A stretch of DNA of 64,000 nt from Candidatus Hydrogenedentota bacterium (lineage in GTDB: Bacteria; Hydrogenedentota; Hydrogenedentia; Hydrogenedentales; SLHB01), in contig BTVY01000001.1 in the NCBI GenBank assembly GCA_045863335.1, forward strand, positions 104,671 to 168,670, written 5' to 3'. The notes under the pieces are model-generated. The model was not told the DNA's origin. It saw only the letters and a program-made list of their open reading frames with translations, and searched no databases. The position numbers and the translations under genes were made by a program. This document shows positions 8,219-15,746 of this stretch, one piece after another (position 1 is the stretch's first letter; every line of letters starts with the position of its first letter).

Positions 8219-8248
8219 TTGACATGCAACCATATGGTTGCATATAAT
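8219..8248 (+). promoter_or_regulatory. Sigma70 promoter with a perfect 20-bp operator palindrome (ArsR autoregulation)
   Basis: TTGACA (8219-8224), 18 nt, TATAAT (8243-8248). ATGCAACCATATGGTTGCAT at 8224-8243. Confidence 0.9.
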
Positions 8249-8254
8249 CGGGTC

Positions 8255-8575
8255 GTGGACATGGACCTGGTGTTTAAGGCGCTCGCGGATTCGACACGAC
8301 GGCTGTTGCTGGATCGGCTGCACGAACACAACGGCCAGACCTTATCCGAGCTGTGCGAGCGGATGGACATGTCGCGGCAGGCGGTGACGAAGCACCTCGG
8401 CATCTTGGAGGCGGCAAACCTCATTGCCGTCGTCTGGCGCGGCCGCGAAAAGCTCCACTACTTGAACCCGGTTCCCATCCACGAAATCGCCTCGCGGTGG
8501 ATCGGGAAGTACGAACGCTATCGTCTGGAAGCGCTGCACGATCTGAAACAGGGGCTGCAACAAAACAACGAGTGA
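8255..8575 (+). CDS. ArsR/SmtB-family repressor (SRPBCC-associated type)
   Basis: VFKALADSTRRLLLDRL...MSRQAVTKHLGILEAANL...GREKLHYLNPVP. Start is GTG 8255 or ATG 8261. Confidence 0.93.
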   Translation: MDMDLVFKALADSTRRLLLDRLHEHNGQTLSELCERMDMSRQAVTKHLGILEAANLIAVVWRGREKLHYLNPVPIHEIASRWIGKYERYRLEALHDLKQGLQQNNE

Positions 8576-8585
8576 GGGCTGCTGC

Positions 8586-9065
8586 ATGAGCGAACAGAAA
8601 TTTGTCTACGTCACCTACATCAACACGACGCCGGAAAAGGTGTGGGAGGCCTTGACCAACGGCGATTTCACGTATCAGTATTGGGCGGGGCGCCGCATCG
8701 AGTCGGACTGGAAACCCGGCTCGCGCGTCCAGCACCTCATGGAGGATGGCGGCATCGATTGGGACGGCGAAGTGTTGGAGTGCGATCCGCCCCGGCGGCT
8801 CGCCTACACCTTCGACGTCCGGCTGAACGCCGGGAAGAAGAACGTCGACAGTGAATGCGGGTGCCACGGTTCCGGGGAGCCGCCGTCACGTGTGACCTTT
8901 GAGATCGAATCCTTCCGGGACAAGGTCAAGCTGATCGTCACCCACGACCAGTTCCCGCCGGACAGCAAGGTCCTTTCCGGTGTCTCCAAGGGTTGGCCCG
9001 CGATTCTTTGCAGCCTGAAGAGCCTGCTGGAAACGGGCGACGCCCTGTTTCCGGATTGGCGTTGA
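8586..9065 (+). CDS. SRPBCC/AHSA1-like ligand-binding protein
   Basis: YVTYINTTPEKVWEALT, VLECDPPRRLAYTF and GWPAILCSLKSLLETG. Confidence 0.9.
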   Translation: MSEQKFVYVTYINTTPEKVWEALTNGDFTYQYWAGRRIESDWKPGSRVQHLMEDGGIDWDGEVLECDPPRRLAYTFDVRLNAGKKNVDSECGCHGSGEPPSRVTFEIESFRDKVKLIVTHDQFPPDSKVLSGVSKGWPAILCSLKSLLETGDALFPDWR

Positions 9066-9101
9066 TGGCGTACCGCACGAGCGCAATAAAGGAGATCGAC
9101 A

Positions 9102-9563
9102 ATGGCAACGCTCTACCATCAAGTGTGGATAAATGCGCCCCGTTCCGCCGTCTACGGCGCGCTGGCGACCGCGGAAGGGCTTGGCAAGTGGTGGGCCCCA
9201 CACACCTCGACGAAAACAAGGGAAGGACTCGTGCTGGCGCATAGCCCGGGCGAGGCCCACGGCGACGTGCAAATGAAAGTGGTCGACGCAACGCCGCCGA
9301 AACGGGTGGAATGGGAAATCATCAGCTCGCACCCGAAGGAAAGCCCGGCGTCCGCGTGGACCGGCACGCGCATCATCTTCGAGATCGAGGAACGACCGAG
9401 CCCCGGCCACTGGATGGGCATGACGAACGAAGGCCAACCCATGGCGGTCGTGAACTTCCAGCACGCGGGGTGGGACGAGCGCAGCGCGTTCTTGCCCTTC
9501 TGCAACTACGCGTGGGGTGTCACGCTGGACATGCTGCGGAGCTGGTGTGAGTCAAACCCATAG
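9102..9563 (+). CDS. SRPBCC domain protein
   Basis: INAPRSAVYGALATAEGLGKWW, WTGTRIIFEI and CNYAWGVTLDMLRSWCE. AAGGAG RBS. Confidence 0.88.
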   Translation: MATLYHQVWINAPRSAVYGALATAEGLGKWWAPHTSTKTREGLVLAHSPGEAHGDVQMKVVDATPPKRVEWEIISSHPKESPASAWTGTRIIFEIEERPSPGHWMGMTNEGQPMAVVNFQHAGWDERSAFLPFCNYAWGVTLDMLRSWCESNP

Positions 9564-9851
9564 CGATCCGGACTTCCGAGGCGAAACCCCTGGGCAGCGG
9601 GGTGCGTCTTACTGTTATCCAGACGCATCACGACGGACGGCCGCGGGGAATTGCACATCGGTTGGCTGAATACCCGGCGCCGAATCAAGACGCAGGTCGA
9701 GAACCGTAAGCCTATACCCTAAGCCAAGATGCGCGATTGACGCACGCATTGGACAAAAGCGATCCGCTTGGCGAAGCTGTTATGAATCGGGTTTCAGACG
9801 GTATAACCTCAAACAGTGGGACCTGGTTACAATCGAGGGAGAATAACCAAG

Positions 9852-9947
9852 ATGAAGCACGTAAAAGCTCTGTCCAAGACGTCGTATCCCGTGAAAGCGT
9901 TTGAGGTGGCGAAGCCGGTGAAGCCCGTCAAGGTGAAGGGGGGGTAA
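9852..9947 (+). CDS. MKHV-family microprotein 3 (31 aa): MKHVKALSKTSYPVKAFEVAKPVKPVKVKGG
   Basis: GAGGGAG RBS and the conserved N-terminus. Confidence 0.85.
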   Translation: MKHVKALSKTSYPVKAFEVAKPVKPVKVKGG

Positions 9948-10001
9948 TCGCGGCCCAATGTTCCGGAACCGTTCTACGAGTCAACCAACAAGGATCTCAA
10001 C

Positions 10002-10097
10002 ATGAAACACGTGAAGACCATGTCGAAGACGCAGCGTCCCGCTTTGGCCGAAGAGCCGATGAAGGCGAAACCGGTCAAGCTGAAGCGGAAACCCTAA
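10002..10097 (+). CDS. MKHV-family microprotein 4 (31 aa): MKHVKTMSKTQRPALAEEPMKAKPVKLKRKP
   Basis: AAGGA RBS and the conserved N-terminus. Confidence 0.85.
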   Translation: MKHVKTMSKTQRPALAEEPMKAKPVKLKRKP

Positions 10098-10255
10098 GGG
10101 ACATTGGCGGAAGAACGCATATTGGGTTGCAGGCGGTTGACGAGTGTTCCTCCGCTTGCCATGCAATATCGCGTCGAACCTCTTGTGGCGTCTACCGTAA
10201 TTCCGATTGGTCGTTATAGCCGAGTGAGGTCCAACGAACACCGAGGAGGGCAACC

Positions 10256-10354
10256 ATGAAGCACGTCAAGACGCTGTCGAAACAAATCACTCCGGCCCCG
10301 GCCGCGAAGAAACCGGTCAAACCGAAGCCGGTCAAACCGAAGTCGGAAAGCTAA
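10256..10354 (+). CDS. MKHV-family microprotein 5 (32 aa): MKHVKTLSKQITPAPAAKKPVKPKPVKPKSES
   Basis: GAGGAGG RBS, the conserved N-terminus, and a terminator downstream. Confidence 0.85.
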   Translation: MKHVKTLSKQITPAPAAKKPVKPKPVKPKSES

Positions 10355-10384
10355 GCGAATCGTTCATCCGAGTATTCTTTGTTC

Positions 10385-10416
10385 AGGCACGGTGCAATGC
10401 GCCGTGCCTTTTCTTG
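10385..10416 (+). terminator. Rho-independent terminator after microprotein 5
   Basis: AGGCACGGTGCA-A-TGCGCCGTGCCT followed by TTTCTT. Confidence 0.8.
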
Positions 10417-10426
10417 TTGATGGCGG

Positions 10427-11821
10427 TCACACAGACTGGGCCGCGAACCATTCCTCGTGGATCTTCGATAGGCGTGCGACGATGTCCGGGTGATCGGCGG
10501 CAACATTCGTGGTTTCCCCGAGGTCATCCGACAGATTCACCAGGAAGGGGCCCTCGATGGTCTGCACGTTCTGGCCGTCTGTCGTGTCGCGCACGTTGAC
10601 CAGCAGCTTCCAATCGCCTTCGCGAACCGCCCAGGTAGCGTTCTCCCCTTCCTTCACTTGCCAGATGAGATGCTCGTGGGGCGTCGGCGCCGAAGCATCG
10701 CTGATGACGTCGGCGATACTGCGCCCATCGATCCCTTCAGGTACGGTATCAACGCCCGCGAGCGCAGCAAGCGTCGGCATCCAGTCGCAGCCGTGGGCCA
10801 TCTGGTCGCGCACCTCGCCTTCCGGCACGTGGCCCGGCCACGAGATGATTGCAGGCACACGAAGCCCGCCTTCGAACATGCTGAATTTGGCCCCGCGGTA
10901 CGGTCCCGCGCTGCCGCCGCCGAAGTGGGCGCGCTCTTCCGTGGAGTGGCCGTGGTCGGACTGCAACACGATGATCGTGTCGTTCCGCAATCCCGCGTCG
11001 TCGATGAGCGCGACGAGTTGCCCGATATGCTCATCCTGGGTCGAAAGAAAGGCCGCATACAGGTCGCGCGGATAGTGCAGTCCCTGGTCCTGATAGTGTT
11101 TCAGCCACCGCGCGTACCCCTGGTACGGATAGTGCGGCGAATTGAAGGCCACGTACATGAAGAACGGCTCGTCGCGGTGTCCGGTGATGAACTCGCCCGC
11201 TTCGCGGACCATCAAGTCCTGGAAGTGCTCGCCTTCGAGGTAAACCTCCTCCCCGTTCCGGTACAGGTCGTGGCGGTTCGGCCCGGACCAGTAGAAGAAA
11301 TGGGAGTAGTTGTCGATACAACCGCCCATGTGTCCGAAGGAGTGGTCGAAACCCTGGGCGTTTGGCATGGTCTCTTGGGTGTAGCCCAGATGCCACTTGC
11401 CGATGTGCGCCGTAGCGTAGCCGGCCGCTTCGAACATTTCCGCCATGGTGTCCTGTTCCGGGGGCATGCCCGCGTTACCGGGCTTGGACGAGACGTTACC
11501 CGGCACGCCCGCCGAGACGGGATACCGGCCCGTCAGAAGACCTGCGCGGGAGGGCGAACATACCGGTGCCGGCGCGTAGAATTGCGTGAACCGGACCCCG
11601 CGCGCGGCGAGGGCATCCATGTGCGGCGTGACCAGGTCGCGCGCGCCGTAGGCACCCATATCGACGGAGCCCTGGTCGTCGGTGTAAATGACGATAACGT
11701 TCGGCTTGCGTGCCGGCTGCGAGAAAACGGGCTGGGTGCCGAGCGTGGCGGCGGCAGTTCCGCCGGCCAGCAAGCGCAGGATTTCCCGTCGTGACCATTC
11801 GGGCGGCCTGGAGTCGTTCAT
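10427..11821 (-). CDS. Tat-exported formylglycine-dependent sulfatase
   Basis: SRREIL twin-arginine signal, PNVIVIYTDD, CSPSRAGLLTG (CxPxR), GKWHLG and SDHG. Confidence 0.93.
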   Translation of the reverse strand: MNDSRPPEWSRREILRLLAGGTAAATLGTQPVFSQPARKPNVIVIYTDDQGSVDMGAYGARDLVTPHMDALAARGVRFTQFYAPAPVCSPSRAGLLTGRYPVSAGVPGNVSSKPGNAGMPPEQDTMAEMFEAAGYATAHIGKWHLGYTQETMPNAQGFDHSFGHMGGCIDNYSHFFYWSGPNRHDLYRNGEEVYLEGEHFQDLMVREAGEFITGHRDEPFFMYVAFNSPHYPYQGYARWLKHYQDQGLHYPRDLYAAFLSTQDEHIGQLVALIDDAGLRNDTIIVLQSDHGHSTEERAHFGGGSAGPYRGAKFSMFEGGLRVPAIISWPGHVPEGEVRDQMAHGCDWMPTLAALAGVDTVPEGIDGRSIADVISDASAPTPHEHLIWQVKEGENATWAVREGDWKLLVNVRDTTDGQNVQTIEGPFLVNLSDDLGETTNVAADHPDIVARLSKIHEEWFAAQSV

Positions 11822-11893
11822 TGGATTTCCTCCTCTGCAAGAAGCGCTGGCCCATCACGTTACATGAACGGCGACAGCCGTGTCATCCACCCC

Positions 11894-11923
11894 TTGACAG
11901 ACATACCAACCGATTGGTATGTT
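11894..11923 (+). promoter_or_regulatory. Sigma70 promoter with TetR operator
   Basis: TTGACA, 18 nt, TATGTT. Inverted repeat ACATACCAA-CCGA-TTGGTATGT (11901-11922). Confidence 0.85.
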
Positions 11924-11929
11924 TTGGGC

Positions 11930-12508
11930 ATGAAAGAACGCGCCGCTCCCACCCGGAAAGAGAAGTTAGTTCGTGCGGCCACGGATTTGTTCCGCCAGAA
12001 CGGCTATTCCGCGACCTCGGTGAATGACATCTGCGATCGCGCAAATGTCACGAAAGGGGCGTTCTTCCATCACTTCACGAGCAAGGAGGTACTGGCTGAA
12101 GCCTGCCTGGAAGAATGGGACAAGACGATCGCCGCTATGGAAGCGGCCGCTCCTTTCCATGAGGTGCGCGACGGAAGGGACAAAGTCGCCGCGTACATGG
12201 ACTTCTTTATCGGTTTGTTCTCGCGTCCGGACCTCCCCAAGTCGTGTCTCGTAGGAACGACGGTACAGGAAGTCGCGGAATCGATCCCGGGACTCCGGGA
12301 GGCGTCCCAGCGTTGTTTTGAACGCGCATCGGCACGGCTCGTTGCGGTGTTAAGAGCTGCATCGCCCAAAGTCGACGCGGAGAGGCTGGCGAGCCTTTGG
12401 ATGGCTACCCTACAGGGTTCCTTGTTGCTCCACAAAGCTTCGGGCGATACCCGTGTGATTCCCGAAAACCTGAAACAGGTTCGAACCTACATACTCGGCC
12501 AACTCTAA
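11930..12508 (+). CDS. TetR/AcrR-family regulator (NemR-like)
   Basis: AATDLFRQNGYSATSVNDICDRANVTKGAFFHHFTSKE, with SCLVG in the C-terminal domain. Confidence 0.92.
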   Translation: MKERAAPTRKEKLVRAATDLFRQNGYSATSVNDICDRANVTKGAFFHHFTSKEVLAEACLEEWDKTIAAMEAAAPFHEVRDGRDKVAAYMDFFIGLFSRPDLPKSCLVGTTVQEVAESIPGLREASQRCFERASARLVAVLRAASPKVDAERLASLWMATLQGSLLLHKASGDTRVIPENLKQVRTYILGQL

Positions 12509-12595
12509 TTCGTTGAATCCCGGAATCGGACTGTGCCGATTACCGTTATGCTGCAAGCTGCCCAAGGTGCATTCTTTGATGTGGAGGAAAATCGC

Positions 12596-13117
12596 ATGAC
12601 CATTGCAGAAAATCTGTTGGCGGAACTCGATCAGGAATCTCAGGCGACGAGACGGATCCTGGAACGAATCCCGGAGGACAAATTGGGCTGGTCGCCGGCG
12701 GAGAAGTCGATGACCATCGGCCAATTGGGCATGCACATCGCCCAAGGTCCCGGCCAGGTGGCGGAAATGGCCACGAAAGACTCGTTGGACTTCCAAACGT
12801 TTGACGGGCGAGTGCCCGCGCCATCGAGCACAAAGGAAATCCTGGACACCTATTCATCCAGTCTGGCAACCGCTCGGCAATTGATGTCGCAGATGGATGA
12901 CGCCCGAATGCTCGGGACCTGGCGAGCGATGATGGGTGAAAAGGAACTCATGGCCATGCCCCGGGCCGGGCTGATTCGGATGATCATGCTGAATCATCAG
13001 TATCATCACCGCGGACAGCTGAGCGTCTACCTGCGCCTTTTGGGTGAAAGCGTGCCGTCCGTGTATGGCCCCACGGCGGATGAAGCGCCGGACTTCCTCG
13101 CGGAAGCCACGGCCTGA
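12596..13117 (+). CDS. DinB-family protein
   Basis: KSMTIGQLGMHIA and NHQYHHRGQLSVYLRLLG. GGAGG RBS. Confidence 0.92.
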   Translation: MTIAENLLAELDQESQATRRILERIPEDKLGWSPAEKSMTIGQLGMHIAQGPGQVAEMATKDSLDFQTFDGRVPAPSSTKEILDTYSSSLATARQLMSQMDDARMLGTWRAMMGEKELMAMPRAGLIRMIMLNHQYHHRGQLSVYLRLLGESVPSVYGPTADEAPDFLAEATA

Positions 13118-13140
13118 GCGAAGGTCGCAAGCTCGTGATG

Positions 13141-13177
13141 GACGCACGACGCGGCATCTGCTGCGTCGTGCGTCTTT
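13141..13177. terminator. Hairpin between convergent genes
   Basis: GACGCACGACGCGGCA-TC-TGCTGCGTCGTGCGTC then TTT. Confidence 0.75.
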
Positions 13178-13190
13178 GCTGACGCGATGA

Positions 13191-14006
13191 TTATTCCGGC
13201 GCATTCTCCTCTTCACGATCTGCCAGAGCGTTGCGGAGTTCTCCGACCGTTTGATAGGTCTCCCCTGTCGGCCGGGCGTTGAAGTCAGTCACGGCACCGC
13301 TTTCCGTTTCGACCTCATGTGGACCGACGGCGTACACCTGCCAACCAGCAATGGCGAAATCGTCACCAATCGTGTCCTGCTGCGTCTCCCCAATCCACTG
13401 GCCCTTCAGGTGCAACGTGAAGGTCATCGCTTCGGCGGGATCTACGGTAAACGTGAAGGTCAGGTCGTACCCGACAGTCCGGTGCTCGTCTGCGGACACG
13501 GTGCCCTTGACGAACCACGGGGCAGCAAATTCCCCTGTGGCGCTGGCGGTGCCGACCTCGATGGCGCCGTCGCTCTCGGCAAATTCCACAGGTTGTTCAC
13601 CGGAGACGCTTGCCGGGCCTTCGGGAAACAGGGCTTCCAGAATTCCGTACAGCAACTGGAAGTGAAAAGCGGGCATGTCAATGGCATCGATGGCATATTC
13701 GGCGTCCAGGTCCATACCTTGAACGACCATGGCCTGCCCGGAGACCAGAAGGATGCGCCCCTTCACAACTCGATCGCCCGATTTCTCTTCCACGTCGAGC
13801 AGAAAATCGCCGCGTCGCCCGAACAGCGCTTCCCACTTCGTAACCTTCTCCGAAGTGCCGCCATGCAACGTCAACTCGACGCGGGCCGGCTCTCGCCACT
13901 CGGGTGCGTCTTCAGCATCGGAAGCGGGCGCCTCTTGCGCCCAGGTGCAGAACAGACTCAGAACCAGGAAAGGCAGAACCAGTAGTCGCATGACGCGGAG
14001 TAGCAT
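13191..14006 (-). CDS. Secreted hypothetical protein
   Basis: Signal peptide, acidic beta-rich mature part and host-like codon use. No family recognised. Confidence 0.7.
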   Translation of the reverse strand: MLLRVMRLLVLPFLVLSLFCTWAQEAPASDAEDAPEWREPARVELTLHGGTSEKVTKWEALFGRRGDFLLDVEEKSGDRVVKGRILLVSGQAMVVQGMDLDAEYAIDAIDMPAFHFQLLYGILEALFPEGPASVSGEQPVEFAESDGAIEVGTASATGEFAAPWFVKGTVSADEHRTVGYDLTFTFTVDPAEAMTFTLHLKGQWIGETQQDTIGDDFAIAGWQVYAVGPHEVETESGAVTDFNARPTGETYQTVGELRNALADREEENAPE

Positions 14007-14124
14007 AAGAGGTTTCCTCAGTGGATCGATTGAATTGCCAGCGCGCTACCATACGCGGGGCCATTTGGGGATGCAAGTGGGATGCTAGTGAGTGCTCCTG
14101 TCACGGGAGCGCGAAGAATGAGCA

Positions 14125-14652
14125 TCAATCGGCCGCGATTTCTTCGCCGTCGGCTTCACAAATCTCGTGAATTCTCAAAAGGACGAGATCGTTGACCAAC
14201 TCGGACGAGATCTCCACGCGGCTCCTCTTGATGCCGTCTCTGGTCTGGAGATCGGGATAGGCGGGTACTCTATTAAAACTTCGGCCCGTGGCATGGGTCT
14301 CCAGCACAATTTTTCGTATCGTGCAACTCTGGCAATGAAGTTGGCGGCCGCACCCTCCCGGCGCGGATGAATGGATGCACTCGACGACGTCCCCCGGGCG
14401 GTGGTCCTGGATTCCCGCCAAGTCCTTTCCGAGCAGTTCGCAGGCCTGGGCGTTTGCGTTGCGCACGACCGCCCCACTGTCGACGACCAGAACGGGAACA
14501 CCCAAGCGGTCAAGAAAGTCGCGCATGGGTTCCGCCAGATCGGCGAGGAATTCCTGGGCGCATTGGAGGCACATGCCGTGGGTAATGGGACGAGGCTCTG
14601 AGGCATCCCCATCGGCTAAAACGGTATTGCACCAGGCACAAACGGATTTCAT
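14125..14652 (-). CDS. Stand-alone Cys-rich PAS-domain protein
   Basis: CAWC...THGMCLQC N-terminus, PAS-like core (VLVVDSGAVVRNANAQACELLG) and C-x8-C-x5-C-x2-C motif. Confidence 0.75.
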   Translation of the reverse strand: MKSVCAWCNTVLADGDASEPRPITHGMCLQCAQEFLADLAEPMRDFLDRLGVPVLVVDSGAVVRNANAQACELLGKDLAGIQDHRPGDVVECIHSSAPGGCGRQLHCQSCTIRKIVLETHATGRSFNRVPAYPDLQTRDGIKRSRVEISSELVNDLVLLRIHEICEADGEEIAAD

Positions 14653-14810
14653 GCGATCGTTGCCCCCAGACTGACGATGCCAGCGTTCTCCCCCGCATTT
14701 CTTGGGCGTCGTCGCGTGTCCCAAGCCATATTACCGTACCCTGGCCAGGTAGTCAATGGACCCAGACGTGGAACCGGTAACGGAGCGAACGCGGGGATCG
14801 GGGCAATGGA

Positions 14811-14963
14811 CTATTGGGGGGTCTCATCGTCGTTTGGACGTTCGACTTCGTCTTCGGGAGCGGAATCCGGCTTTTCACGCTTCCGGCGCAGTTTTTCTTC
14901 GCGCGTTTTTTGCTTGGCGATTTCTTTCTGGCGCTTCTCAAACTGGAAGTTCCGACGTGCCAC
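14811..14963 (-). CDS. Small basic protein (50 aa) MARRNFQFEKRQKEIAKQKTREEKLRRKREK...
   Basis: Translated by hand. GTG start with GGAAGGG RBS. Resembles small Lys/Arg-rich proteins often found next to cold-shock genes. Confidence 0.7.
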   Translation of the reverse strand: MARRNFQFEKRQKEIAKQKTREEKLRRKREKPDSAPEDEVERPNDDETPQ

Positions 14964-15042
14964 CAGTAGTTCCCTTCCTGCGCTCCATTGCGCGGTTGAG
15001 CCTGCGCGGGACTTCTGTGCCGACCGCGTGGTATCCTATCGT

Positions 15043-15252
15043 ATGATTAATTCGAACGAACATCCCACAATCTCGACGCACCGGAATCCTTCACGCAACG
15101 CGGAGCAGCAGCTTTGCAGCGATGCGCTCGATTCGAGCACGTACGATCACATGAGCGATAAGGAATGGATTACGCTGTGCGAACAGGTGGCGGAAAAAGA
15201 ACGCGAAGTTTCCTCGACCCTTGAGGAAACTCCGCAACCTTCGCAAGCCTGA
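15043..15252 (+). CDS. Possible small hypothetical protein
   Basis: Open 69-codon frame with a helical C-terminus and no clear RBS. Confidence 0.3.
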   Translation: MINSNEHPTISTHRNPSRNAEQQLCSDALDSSTYDHMSDKEWITLCEQVAEKEREVSSTLEETPQPSQA

Positions 15253-15328
15253 CGCGAGTGCCCTTGTGTCGTCCGGCCGCACTGCGCCGGCCGGACAATA
15301 CAAGGCACAAATAGCTGGACTGCCGAAC

Positions 15329-15529
15329 CTAGAGGGGGCGCACGTTTTGCGCTTCGGGACCTTTCCGCCCCTGGCCGACTTCATATTCAACGCGTTGACC
15401 ATCACTCAATGTGGCCGCGGGAGGTTGAATATTGGATACGTGGATGAAGAGATCGCCACCACCTTCATCCGGCGTGATAAAACCATATCCCTTTTGATCG
15501 TTGAAGAATTTCACAGTACCTGTCGCCAC
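15329..15529 (-). CDS. cspA: Cold-shock protein
   Basis: GTVKFFNDQKGYGFI (RNP1), LFIHVSNI (RNP2) and GRKGPEAQNV. Confidence 0.95.
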   Translation of the reverse strand: MATGTVKFFNDQKGYGFITPDEGGGDLFIHVSNIQPPAATLSDGQRVEYEVGQGRKGPEAQNVRPL

Positions 15530-15746
15530 GTCTCATTCTCCTTCCTACACCATGCGCCTACAAACAGGCGGGTTGACCGGATGTATCGGCTCAGGGTACA
15601 ACGCACCGGAGAAGGGCGTCCCTGTGCCAAACCCCACACTTCACGCAAGACGTTAGCAGACTTGGACACTCCGTTACCAGTGTGGCGTGCGGAGATTTCT
15701 TGACATACGTTGCGGGCCGGCGAACCGCATGGAGGAATCGGGCGGC

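Noticed and set aside
9939-9947. C-terminal GG of microprotein 3 as a double-glycine or ubiquitin-like motif
   Set aside because: It is present in only one of five paralogs, sits at the very end with no core after it, and comes from a G run.
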